Assembly: GCA_034520945.1 (NCBI GenBank)
Contig: JAXHNB010000005.1
Span: 384,001-448,000 of the forward strand
Direction: 5' to 3'
From: Trueperaceae bacterium
GTDB taxonomy: Bacteria > Deinococcota > Deinococci > Deinococcales > Trueperaceae
DNA length: 64,000 bases
Position 1 is the first letter of the stretch; each line of letters opens with the position of its first letter. Under the pieces are notes generated by a model. The model was not told the origin of the DNA. It saw nothing but the letters and a program-made list of their open reading frames with translations, and searched no databases. Positions 43,044-51,991 of the stretch are shown here, in pieces. The position numbers were made by a program, and so were the translations under genes.

Positions 43044-43709
43044 CTACGCCGGCAGGTCTGGTGCGTGCGGCGTGACGTGTCCGTCCACGCGAGCCACGCG
43101 CGTGATGCCGCCGCCCGCGAGGACGCGCACCTCGCGCCGTTCCCCCAGAATCGCTTCGGCGCGGGCGGAGACGTCCGGGGAGGCGGGCGCGTCGTCCGCA
43201 GCCTGGACCAGGACCGGCGCGGGCGTGGCGTGCACGGAACCCGTCGCGCGGGCGCGGGCCAACACGCGGTCGTCCGACCACGCGTCCGCCCAGGTGGCGC
43301 GCAGGGCCAGCAGCGCCGGTCGGCCCCTCGGCTCGACCCGCCCGGCCGTCCCCGGGCGGCGCACCCGCACGGGCGACGGGAACCGTTCGAGTCGGTCGTA
43401 GAACGCGTCGATCCACGTATCCAACACCACGTGCTCGCGCAGCAGCGCGCGCGCCCGCGGCGCCAGCTCCTCGACGTCGTCCTCGTCCGGGTCGACCGGG
43501 TCCAGCGTCTCGAACAGCGCCTCCAGGCGGTGTGGCAGGCCGTTCAGGCGGTAGAACGTTGCCTCGGCGGCGGCCGGGACCCACAGGATCGGAGCCAGGG
43601 GCAACCCGCCTGCGGCCAGCGCGGCCAGCTCGGCCGGTTCGCCCGCCACGGCGGGCGGGCCGGCCCGCCCGATCAGGAAGGCGGCTGCGTCCTCGGGGGG
43701 TCCGTCCAT
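43044..43709 (-). CDS. hypothetical protein, remotely like the N-terminal domain of PEP synthase/dikinase
   Basis: ATG 6 nt after TAGGGT; LA..GLP, FYRLN, L.ALR..WA, PVLVQ segments echo PEP-synthase N-domain. Confidence 0.55.
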   Translation of the reverse strand: MDGPPEDAAAFLIGRAGPPAVAGEPAELAALAAGGLPLAPILWVPAAAEATFYRLNGLPHRLEALFETLDPVDPDEDDVEELAPRARALLREHVVLDTWIDAFYDRLERFPSPVRVRRPGTAGRVEPRGRPALLALRATWADAWSDDRVLARARATGSVHATPAPVLVQAADDAPASPDVSARAEAILGERREVRVLAGGGITRVARVDGHVTPHAPDLPA

Positions 43710-43803
43710 GCAGCCACCCTATCCGCCCAGCGGAGGCGCGGGACGTGGTGTGGGGTTCGGTGGGCCGCACGGGCCCCGGAACGGCCGTGGTAGCGTCACG
43801 GGC

Positions 43804-45075
43804 GTGAACGAGGGAGCTTCCGACCGACGCGGATGGCGCCGTGTCGGCGTGGCATTGGGCGTGGGATGGCTCGTGCTGCTCGGGGTGGCGCTGGCGGCCG
43901 CCGTGACCGCGCGCGGCTACTTCGAGGTCGAGGAGGTTCGCACACCGGAACTCGAAGGGTTACGGCTCCCCGAGGCCTCTCGGTTGGCGGAACGCGCCGG
44001 CCTCACCCTGCGCAGCTACCCGGTCGAGGCGCCCGAGCTCCCCGCGGACACCATCACCGAGCAAGCGCCTCCGCCGGGCACGGTGGTGCGCGCCGGCCGT
44101 AGGATCAGCGTGGGCGTCAACGTGCCCGCGGAGGTCGACCGCATGCCTGACCTGGTGGGGCTGTCCGTGAACGACGCGGCGGCCACGCTCGAACGTTTGG
44201 CGTTGCCGGCGCCCGACGTCGTCTACGTCTCGGGCGAGGGCGAACCGGGTCGCGTGGTGCGCCAGACGCCGGCCGCGGGCAGCGCGGCCGGCGCACGCGA
44301 GGAGGTCGAGTTGGAGGTCGGTCGCGGCGCCGATCCCTCGCCCGTCGAGCTGCCCGATCTGGTCGGGATGAACGTCGACCAGGCACGCAGGGCGTTGGCG
44401 GCGTTGGGGGTGCGACGCGTCGAGGCGGTGGCCTCCGACGTGAGCGCACTGTCGGCGGGGTCGGTCACGCAGCAACGACCGGCGGCTGGCACCGTGATCG
44501 AGCGCGGCCGGCCGGTCTTGCTGGGGTACGCGTTGGAGGGCCGGCAGGTCGCCGAGGTGCCCGACGTGGCGGGGATGGAGCCGTGGCGGGCCCGCGTGGC
44601 GCTGCGGTCCGCGGGCCTCGAACTCGGTCCCATCGAGGTGGTGCACCGCGACGACACCCCCGAGGGGGTGGTCGCCGCGCGCCCGTCGGGGCTGACACCG
44701 GTGGGCACGCCCGTGTTTTTGGTGGTCAACACGGCGCCCGGGACGGAGGTGGACCTCGGTGACGAGCCGGACATCGGAGCGCGCGACGCCCGGGCGGATT
44801 TGGACGAGGACGAGGGCGACGACGGGGACGACGCGTCGCCCGGCGGTCGGCGGGTGCCGTTCCGGTTCGACCCGAACGAGCTCGGCATCCGCAGCCTGAT
44901 GAACAGCGACTACCACCTGCGCCTGGTGGTGTCCGACGCCGAGGGGGAACGCACCGTTCTGGACGAGACGCTCCGTGCCGGCGAACCGATCCGGTCCAGC
45001 GTCACCGTGCACGGCGACGAGCCGTTGCTCCAAACCTACGTCAACGGGGTGTTCTTCCAGGCATGGCGGCCGTGA
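43804..45075 (+). CDS. membrane-anchored PASTA-repeat protein (no kinase domain)
   Basis: N-terminal TM helix then four PASTA starts (TPELEG, MPDLVG, LPDLVG, VPDVAG) with Q.P..G motifs. Confidence 0.85.
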   Translation: MNEGASDRRGWRRVGVALGVGWLVLLGVALAAAVTARGYFEVEEVRTPELEGLRLPEASRLAERAGLTLRSYPVEAPELPADTITEQAPPPGTVVRAGRRISVGVNVPAEVDRMPDLVGLSVNDAAATLERLALPAPDVVYVSGEGEPGRVVRQTPAAGSAAGAREEVELEVGRGADPSPVELPDLVGMNVDQARRALAALGVRRVEAVASDVSALSAGSVTQQRPAAGTVIERGRPVLLGYALEGRQVAEVPDVAGMEPWRARVALRSAGLELGPIEVVHRDDTPEGVVAARPSGLTPVGTPVFLVVNTAPGTEVDLGDEPDIGARDARADLDEDEGDDGDDASPGGRRVPFRFDPNELGIRSLMNSDYHLRLVVSDAEGERTVLDETLRAGEPIRSSVTVHGDEPLLQTYVNGVFFQAWRP

Positions 45076-45189
45076 GCCGACGCCGGGTGGAGGCGCCGAG
45101 TGTACGATTTCGCAGCCCGCCGTGGAGCAGGCTCGTCACACTGAACCGTGTCCGGCGTCCCTCGCGGGGGCCGTCACGAGGAGGATTCC

Positions 45190-46581
45190 GTGGTTGATCC
45201 CGAGATCGCCCCGCTGGCACAGCGCCTAGCGGAGGAGAACAACGTCGATTGGCGCACCCTGCGCGGCACCGGTACGGACGGGCGGATCGTCGAACGCGAC
45301 GTGCTCGCCTACCTCGCGCGGGTCATGGCCGGCGAGGAGGACGTGGACCCCACGCCCGAGCCCCTTCCCGAGGGGTTGGAGGCCTGGCCCGAGGAGGACC
45401 CGTCCCCGTCGCGGCCGGAGGCGGGGCCGGCCGGCCCCGAGGACGCGGCCACGGCCACCCAGGCCGAGCGGGACGACGAGCTGCTCCTGGCCGGCGACGA
45501 TCTCGCGGAGGGGCCCGCGCACGACGATGGACTGCTGGTGGGGGACGGCGAGGCCCCGGACGATGCCGCGGCGTCGGAACGACGCTTCGACGACGGACCC
45601 GCGCTGTTCGACGACGAGGCCTACGGGGCCGACGCCGGCGGCGACGACGCCTACCCGCCCGCCCCCGACGACGCCGGCGAGGGGGCGCCGGATCTCTTCG
45701 ACGGCGACCTCCAGTGGGAGGACGAAGCGCCTGCCGCAGCGGAACCCGCCTTCGACGCCGGCGCGTCCGCGCAGGACGACGGGCGGAGCGAGGGCGACGG
45801 GCGGAGCGAGGGCGACGCCGGCTTCGATTTCGGTGGGTTCCCCGGCGAGGACGTGGCCGCCCCAGCGGACGCCGGGCCGGAGCCCGCCCGCGACGCAGGG
45901 GGCGTGGACGGATCGCTCGACGACGAAGCGCCGGTCGCCCCCGCGGGCGTCGGCGACGCGACCGAGGTCGGGCACGGCCCCCCGTTGGACGAGGTGGACG
46001 CGGATGGACCGGCGGTCGCCCCCGCCGTGGCGCCGGCGGCGTCGGGTGCGACCGAAGCGGCGGCGTCGGCGCTGCCGCTGGCGCGCACCCGCCAGGTGTT
46101 GCGGCGCCACGTGGCGCTGGGCGCCGCGTTCGCGGCCCAGCGCGCCGTCGTGCGGGAGGGGGGCACGGAAGGCACGGCCGTCGCCGCCCTGCTGGCCGCG
46201 GCGGTGCGCCACGCGGGCGCGCCGTTCGGGGAGGGACGCGTCGCCGTCGCGCGGTTCACGGACGGCGGTGCCCTGGAAGCGGTCGCGGTTGCGCCCCGGG
46301 GGTTGGCCGCCATCTCCCGCGGGCTGGCGGACGATCCGGCCGCGGACGACCCCGACGGGGTCGATCTGTGGCTGAGCGACCTGAGCGCGCTGGATCTGGA
46401 CGACGTGGTGCTCGACGTGGCGGCCCCGCAACTCACCTTGGGCCGGGTCCTCCGCGACGGCGACGACGGCACTGCCTACGCCACGTTGGCCCTGAGCGGC
46501 GACGTGGACACCCGCGAGGGCGCGTCGTTCCTGGCGCGCGTCGCGGAACGGATCGAGGATCCGCTGCGTCTGCTCACGTGA
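45190..46581 (+). CDS. E3-binding (PSBD) domain protein with long acidic linker and degenerate E2-like C-terminus
   Basis: IAPLAQRLAEENNVDW..LRGTG.DGRIVERDV; C-terminal TLALS...GASFLARVAERIEDPLRLL; SD GAGGAGG. Confidence 0.75.
   Translation: MVDPEIAPLAQRLAEENNVDWRTLRGTGTDGRIVERDVLAYLARVMAGEEDVDPTPEPLPEGLEAWPEEDPSPSRPEAGPAGPEDAATATQAERDDELLLAGDDLAEGPAHDDGLLVGDGEAPDDAAASERRFDDGPALFDDEAYGADAGGDDAYPPAPDDAGEGAPDLFDGDLQWEDEAPAAAEPAFDAGASAQDDGRSEGDGRSEGDAGFDFGGFPGEDVAAPADAGPEPARDAGGVDGSLDDEAPVAPAGVGDATEVGHGPPLDEVDADGPAVAPAVAPAASGATEAAASALPLARTRQVLRRHVALGAAFAAQRAVVREGGTEGTAVAALLAAAVRHAGAPFGEGRVAVARFTDGGALEAVAVAPRGLAAISRGLADDPAADDPDGVDLWLSDLSALDLDDVVLDVAAPQLTLGRVLRDGDDGTAYATLALSGDVDTREGASFLARVAERIEDPLRLLT
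45778..45816. repeat. 18-bp tandem duplication (DGRSEG)2 in acidic linker
   Basis: GACGGGCGGAGCGAGGGC twice followed by GAC. Confidence 0.85.
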
Positions 46582-46614
46582 CCGACCGGCCCGCGCGGGG
46601 GCCCCGCCGCGGGC

Positions 46615-46863
46615 TCAGGCATGCTCGGGCGGCGGGAGCAACCACCACAGCAGCAGGTAGCCGCCGGCCGTCAACCCCAGCGACAACGGTACCGACGCCA
46701 CGAACAGGACGCGCACCGTACGCGGGTTCGCGCCGGTGAACGCCGCGATGCCGCCCGCCACGCCGGCCAGGCGCCGGTCGGTGGCGCTCCTGGTGAGGCG
46801 TTCGGCCCCGTGGGGACGCCGGGCTCGGCGTTGCTCGTGGAGAAGCGGGTCGGGTCGGCTCAC
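46615..46863 (-). CDS. PspC domain protein
   Basis: RLTRS..DRRLAGVAGGIA...VRVLFV...YLLLWWLLP; GTGA overlap with DUF309 gene. Confidence 0.85.
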   Translation of the reverse strand: MSRPDPLLHEQRRARRPHGAERLTRSATDRRLAGVAGGIAAFTGANPRTVRVLFVASVPLSLGLTAGGYLLLWWLLPPPEHA

Positions 46864-47213
46864 GGGCGCTCCGAGGCCGGCGGCGCCAGGTGCGGAATGC
46901 GGGGTCGCTCGTCGGGCGTGCGCAGGGCATGGTGCACGCGCGCCTCGAGTTCGCGCACGTCCACCCCACGGTGCCCGTCCGGCACCAGCGCCAGGTGGGC
47001 CAGCGCCTTGGCATGATTGCGCCGGCCGCCACGGGGGCTGCCCATCGCCCGCGCCTTGTGCAGCGCCGCGGCCAACAGGATCACCCCGGCCAAAAACTCG
47101 CGTTCGGTGTCCTCGGCGCGCAGCCAAGCCGGTTCCAGCACCTCGTGCGCGTCCCAGTACGCGCCCGCCTCGAACAGGGCGACGCCTTCGTTCCATGCCT
47201 CCAGATCGACCAC
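46860..47213 (-). CDS. DUF309 domain protein
   Basis: GVALF..G.YWDAHEVLE..W, L.G.I..AAALH. Confidence 0.85.
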   Translation of the reverse strand: MVDLEAWNEGVALFEAGAYWDAHEVLEPAWLRAEDTEREFLAGVILLAAALHKARAMGSPRGGRRNHAKALAHLALVPDGHRGVDVRELEARVHHALRTPDERPRIPHLAPPASERP

Positions 47214-47256
47214 GCCTGAGCATAGCGTCCGCAGGGGCCGCGGTAGCATGGGCGCC

Positions 47257-47835
47257 GTGAACCAGCCGGCCCCCCAGCGCCTGGTCGTCGGCGTCAGCGG
47301 CGGCAGCGGCACGATCTACGCCTTCGACCTCCTGCGCGCCCTGGAACCCAGCGAGCTGGAGACGCATCTCGTCGTCACCGCCGGCGCCAAGCAGGTGCTC
47401 GCCAGCGAGCCCGAGGGTGACCTCCGGTCGCTGGGCGCGCTGGCGGACGTGGTGCACGACGACCGCGACCTCGGCGCGTCCATCGCGTCGGGATCGTTTC
47501 GCGCCCACGCCATGGTGGTGGTGCCGTGCAGCGCCGGCACGCTGGCCAAGATCGCGCTGGGCATGACGGACAATCTGGTGTCGCGCGCGGCGCACGTCGC
47601 GCTGAAGGAGCGGCGCCCCCTTCTGCTGGTGGTGCGCGAAGCGCCCTACTCGCGCCCGATGATGGACAACATGCTGCGCGCGCACGACGGGGGGGCGACG
47701 ATCCTGCCGGCGTCGCCCGGCTTCTACCACCGACCCAGGGACGTGTCCGAGCTGATCGGTTCGGTGACCGCCCGGGTGCTGGACCACCTCGGGGTGCCGC
47801 ACGACCGCAGCCCCCGCTGGAAGGACCCGGCGTGA
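47257..47835 (+). CDS. ubiX: flavin prenyltransferase UbiX
   Basis: VVGVSGGSG, ASIASGSF, VPCSAGTL, RAAHVALKERR, RE.P, PASPGFYHRP. Confidence 0.93.
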   Translation: MNQPAPQRLVVGVSGGSGTIYAFDLLRALEPSELETHLVVTAGAKQVLASEPEGDLRSLGALADVVHDDRDLGASIASGSFRAHAMVVVPCSAGTLAKIALGMTDNLVSRAAHVALKERRPLLLVVREAPYSRPMMDNMLRAHDGGATILPASPGFYHRPRDVSELIGSVTARVLDHLGVPHDRSPRWKDPA

Positions 47836-48506
47836 GTCGCGTCGCCGTGCTGATCCCGGCGGCGGGGGAGGGACGGCGCCTGGGCCTGGGCCCCAAGGCG
47901 TTCGTGCGGGTGGGCGGCACGGCGTTGCTGGCGCACGTCGCGCGGTCGTTCCAAGGCGTGGCGGACGAGCTGCTGATCGCCGTACCGCCGGGCCGCGAGG
48001 CGGAGGCGGCCGCGCTGGCGCCCCTCGCGGAGGTCCTGCCGGGCGGCGACACGCGTCAGGACACGGTACGGGCGTTGCTGGCCCGGACCCGAGCCGACGT
48101 GGTGCTCGTGCACGACGTTGCCCGACCGTTCGCCCCGCCGGCCGCGACGGCGCGGGTTCTCGCCGCCGCGCAGAATGACGGTGCGGCCAGTGCCGTGCTG
48201 GACGTCGCCGACACCCTGCACGACGCGACGCTGGACCGAGCCGTGCCCCGCGAGGCGTTGCGTCTGGTCCAGACGCCCCAAGCGTTCGAGCGGGCCCTGC
48301 TGCAGCGCGCGCACGAACGGGCCCGGGCGCACGGCCTGTACGGCACCGACGACGCGCAACTGGTGCGTGCGCTGCCGCACGCCGTCACCTTGGTGGCGGG
48401 AAGCCCGCTGTCGCACAAACTGACCGGCCCGGCCGACCTGGAGTTGCTGGAGGCCCTCGCGCACGGTCTGGGGTTCACGGCGCCGCGGGACGTCGCGCCC
48501 CGGTGA
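47832..48506 (+). CDS. ispD: 2-C-methyl-D-erythritol 4-phosphate cytidylyltransferase
   Basis: IPAAGEGRRLG..PKAF, GGDTRQDTV, VLVHDVARPF, VQTPQAF, TDDA, KLT...DL. Confidence 0.93.
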   Translation: MSRVAVLIPAAGEGRRLGLGPKAFVRVGGTALLAHVARSFQGVADELLIAVPPGREAEAAALAPLAEVLPGGDTRQDTVRALLARTRADVVLVHDVARPFAPPAATARVLAAAQNDGAASAVLDVADTLHDATLDRAVPREALRLVQTPQAFERALLQRAHERARAHGLYGTDDAQLVRALPHAVTLVAGSPLSHKLTGPADLELLEALAHGLGFTAPRDVAPR

Positions 48507-49432
48507 GGGCCCCGGAGGCACGGCGCCTCATCGCACCCGCGAAGGTGAACCTCGGCCTGCGCGTGGCCGCCAAGCGGGGGGACGGCTACCATGAGATCGA
48601 CACGGTGTTTTTGGCGTTGGACCTGCACGACGACGTGCAGGTGACGCGGACGGACGGCCCCGGCATCGACGGGGAGGTCCAAAACGACCCGCCCGGGGCG
48701 CACGGCGCCGTGCCCGGCATGCACGACGGCAACCTGGCGTACCGCGCGGCCGAAGCCTGGCTTCGCGCCACGGGCCACGACGCGGGCGTGCGGATCGTGC
48801 TCCGCAAGCGCATCCCGGTGGCGGCCGGCCTCGGCGGCGGCAGCAGCGACGCGGGCGCCGTTCTGCGTGCCTTGGCGGAGATCCTCCCGGGCGAGGCGAA
48901 GGCGACCGACGTGGCGCGCGAGGTGGGGAGCGACGTGCCGTTCTTCGCCGCGGGGCTGCCGGCGGCCCGCGGCCGCGGGCGCGGCGAGCGCTTGGCGGAG
49001 ATGGCGTTGACGCCGCGCGACCTGGTGCTGGTCCATCCGGGCGTGCGGGTCTCGGCCGCTGACGCCTACGCGGCGCTGTCGTCGTTCGGGCCGCCCACCG
49101 ATGCCGAGGGGCTTCGGTGGGCCTGGAACGCCGGCGAGGTCCCGCGTTGGCGCAACGACCTGCAGGCGGCCGTCGCCCGGCTGCAACCAGGCGTGCGCGA
49201 TGTGCTGCGTGCCCTGTTGGAGGTGGAGCTCCAGGCGCCGCTGCTGAGCGGGTCGGGCGCGACCTGCTTCGCGTTGGCGCGCGACGGGGCGCATGCCCGC
49301 GACGCCGCGGCCGTGATCGAAGAGGCGCACCCGGGTTGGTGGTGCGCGCCGGCGCGTGGTCCCGTGGAGGCCGCCGCGCTGGTGCCGCGCCCCGTGAACA
49401 TCGAGGAGGACGGCACGCCGCCCAGCCCGTAG
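48503..49432 (+). CDS. ispE: 4-diphosphocytidyl-2-C-methyl-D-erythritol kinase
   Basis: APAKVNLGL, DGYHEIDT, KRIPVAAGLGGGSSDA, GSDVPFF, GRGE, NDL, SGSGATCF. Confidence 0.95.
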   Translation: MRAPEARRLIAPAKVNLGLRVAAKRGDGYHEIDTVFLALDLHDDVQVTRTDGPGIDGEVQNDPPGAHGAVPGMHDGNLAYRAAEAWLRATGHDAGVRIVLRKRIPVAAGLGGGSSDAGAVLRALAEILPGEAKATDVAREVGSDVPFFAAGLPAARGRGRGERLAEMALTPRDLVLVHPGVRVSAADAYAALSSFGPPTDAEGLRWAWNAGEVPRWRNDLQAAVARLQPGVRDVLRALLEVELQAPLLSGSGATCFALARDGAHARDAAAVIEEAHPGWWCAPARGPVEAAALVPRPVNIEEDGTPPSP

Positions 49433-49435
49433 GCG

Positions 49436-50188
49436 TCAGACGATGTGCTCCTTGCCGGGGTTCGGCACCGGCTCCAGGGCGGCCGGGTTGGGGCAGGTAC
49501 GCGCGTCGCGGCGAACTCTCGCGGCGGCCCAATGGGCGGCCTGCACCACGATGCGGCGGATCTCGGGGTGATGGTAGGTGGGGTAGGTCTCGTGGCCGGG
49601 CCGGAAGTACACCACCCGGCCGAGCCCGCGCCGCCAGGTGCACAGGCTCCGGAACACCTCGCCGCCCTGGAACCAGCTCAGCATCAGGAGCTCGTCCGGT
49701 TCCGGCACGTCGAAGCGTTCGCCGTACATCTCCTCGCGCTCCAGCTCGATCCGGTCCGGCACGTCCGCCAGGATGGGGTGGTCGGGACGCAGGTTCCAGA
49801 GGCGCTCCTTCTCGTCGGCCTCGCGCCAGCACAGCGTCCCGTGCGTGCCGAGCACGCGCTTGAACGGCTTGGACATGTGCCCCGAGTGCAGCACGATCAG
49901 GCCCATGCCGGACAGCACCGCCTCGTGCACCAGCGTCGCCGCCTCGTCGCTCACCTCGTGATGCGCCTTGTGGCCCCACCACAGCAGCACGTCGGTGTCG
50001 GCCAGGCGTTCCTCGGAAAGCCCGTGCCCCTCCTCGCGCAGCGTGGCGGTGGAGACGTCGAAGCCGCCGCGCTCGGCGAACGCGCCGGCCAGCGCCCCGT
50101 GGATGCCGTCCGGGTACAGCCCGCGAACCTCGGCGTTCTCGGTCTCGTGGAGGTACTCGTTCCAGATCAGGACTCGGATGTCGGGCAT
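49436..50188 (-). CDS. thuA: ThuA family trehalose utilisation protein
   Basis: WNE..HE, YPDGIH, LLWWGH.AH, LHSGH.SK, EEMYGERF, SWFQGGEVFRS, YFRPGHETYPTY. Confidence 0.88.
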   Translation of the reverse strand: MPDIRVLIWNEYLHETENAEVRGLYPDGIHGALAGAFAERGGFDVSTATLREEGHGLSEERLADTDVLLWWGHKAHHEVSDEAATLVHEAVLSGMGLIVLHSGHMSKPFKRVLGTHGTLCWREADEKERLWNLRPDHPILADVPDRIELEREEMYGERFDVPEPDELLMLSWFQGGEVFRSLCTWRRGLGRVVYFRPGHETYPTYHHPEIRRIVVQAAHWAAARVRRDARTCPNPAALEPVPNPGKEHIV

Positions 50189-50217
50189 GCCGTCCTCCTT
50201 CGCCCGTCCCAGCCTAC

Positions 50218-50253
50218 CCTGCCCGTCGTGCCGCCGGCGGCACGACGGGCAGG
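50218..50253. terminator. perfect 36-bp palindrome just downstream of ilvD
   Basis: CCTGCCCGTCGTGCCGCC|GGCGGCACGACGGGCAGG. Confidence 0.7.
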
Positions 50254-50257
50254 CGCG

Positions 50258-51940
50258 TCAGCCGGTGCCGGCGCCCTCCGCGGCGCTGCCGGCCAGGCGC
50301 GCGTACTTGTACAGCACGCCGCTGGTGTAGCGCGGTTCGGGCTCGCGCCAGGCGGCGCGGCGTTCGCGCAGTTCGGCCTCGTCCAGGTCGACGGACAGCA
50401 GGTTCCGATCCGCGTCGATGGTGATCAGATCGCCCTCCTGGAGCAGGCCGATCGGGCCGCCGACCGCCGCCTCCGGGGCGACGTGCCCGACCACCAGGCC
50501 GTAGGTGCCGCCCGAGAAGCGCCCGTCGGTGATCAAGCCGACCTTGTCGCCCAACCCGCGACCGACGATGGCGCTGGTCGGGGCCAGCATCTCGCGCATG
50601 CCGGGTCCGCCCTTGGGGCCCTCGTAGCGGATCACCACCACGTCGCCTTCTCGGATGCGGTCCTCGAGGATGGCCGCGAGTGCCTCCTCCTCGGATTCGA
50701 ACAGGCGGGCGGGTCCGGTCATGTGGGTGGTGGCCAGTCCGCTGGTCTTGGCGACGGCGCCCTCGGGGGCCAGGTTGCCCTTCAGGATCGCCAGGTGGCC
50801 GTGGGGGTACTTCGGCGCGTCGATGGGGACGACCACGTCCTGATCGTCCGGCGGACGGGCGGGCACGCCCTCGAGGTTCTCCGCCACGCTGGCGCCGGTG
50901 ACGGTGGGGAGGTCGCCGTGCAGCAGGCCGGCCTCGAGCAGCATCTTCATGATCAGCGGGATGCCGCCGACGCGGTGCAGGTCGGTGGTCACGTAGCGGC
51001 CGGAGGGTTTGAGATCGGCCACGTGCGGGGTATCGCGCCGGATGCGCTCGAAGTCGTCCAGGTCGAGGTCCACCTCGGCGGCGCGGGCGGCGGCGATCAG
51101 GTGCAACACGGCGTTGGTGGAGCCGCCGACCGCCATGATCACGCGGATGGCGTTCTCGAACGCCTCCTTGGTCATCATGGCGCGCGCGGTCAGATTCTCC
51201 TCGATCAGCCTCACGAGTTGCCGCCCGCTGGCCTCGGCGCTGGCGCGCTTCTCCGCGTCCTCCGCCGCCATCGTCGAGGCGTAGGGGAGGCTCAACCCCA
51301 TCGCTTCGAAGGCGCTGGACATGCTGTTGGCGGTGAACATGCCGCCGCAGCTGCCGTTGCCGGGGCAGGCGTGCTGCTCGGTGGCGCGGAAGGTGTCCAA
51401 CGGGATCCGCCCCGCCGCGTACTTTCCGACCGCCTCGAACACGCTGACGATGGTCAGATCCTCGCCGTCCAGGTGCCCGGGCTTGATGGTGCCGCCGTAC
51501 ACGAAGATCGAGGGGAGATCCAGCCGCGCCATGGCGATCATGGCGCCCGGCATGTTCTTGTCGCACCCGCCGACCGCCAGCACGCCGTCCATCGACTGGC
51601 CCCGGCACACCGACTCGATGGCGTCGGCGATGACCTCGCGCGAGACCAGGCTGCACTTCATGCCTTCGGTCCCCATGCTGATGCCGTCGCTGATGGTGAT
51701 GGTGCCGAACGTCTGCGGCATGCCGCCGGCGGCGCGGATCGCCGCTTCGCTGGCGTCGGACAGCTCGCCGAGCCCGGCGTTGCAGGGGGTGATGGTGCTG
51801 TGACCGTTGGCCACGCCGACGATGGGCTTCGCGAAGTCCGCGTCGGTGAAGCCGACGGCCCGAAGCATGGCACGGTTGGGGGCGCGTTGATCGCCGTGGG
51901 TGACGGCGCGGCTGTGACGGTTGGGGGCGTCGTGGCTCAT
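50258..51940 (-). CDS. ilvD: dihydroxy-acid dehydratase
   Basis: [65 protein letters not shown]. Confidence 0.97.
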   Translation of the reverse strand: MSHDAPNRHSRAVTHGDQRAPNRAMLRAVGFTDADFAKPIVGVANGHSTITPCNAGLGELSDASEAAIRAAGGMPQTFGTITISDGISMGTEGMKCSLVSREVIADAIESVCRGQSMDGVLAVGGCDKNMPGAMIAMARLDLPSIFVYGGTIKPGHLDGEDLTIVSVFEAVGKYAAGRIPLDTFRATEQHACPGNGSCGGMFTANSMSSAFEAMGLSLPYASTMAAEDAEKRASAEASGRQLVRLIEENLTARAMMTKEAFENAIRVIMAVGGSTNAVLHLIAAARAAEVDLDLDDFERIRRDTPHVADLKPSGRYVTTDLHRVGGIPLIMKMLLEAGLLHGDLPTVTGASVAENLEGVPARPPDDQDVVVPIDAPKYPHGHLAILKGNLAPEGAVAKTSGLATTHMTGPARLFESEEEALAAILEDRIREGDVVVIRYEGPKGGPGMREMLAPTSAIVGRGLGDKVGLITDGRFSGGTYGLVVGHVAPEAAVGGPIGLLQEGDLITIDADRNLLSVDLDEAELRERRAAWREPEPRYTSGVLYKYARLAGSAAEGAGTG

Positions 51941-51991
51941 GGGCGGGGCTCCTCCGGGGAGAACGTAGAGGTCGGTGGGGTGGGGGCGTGC

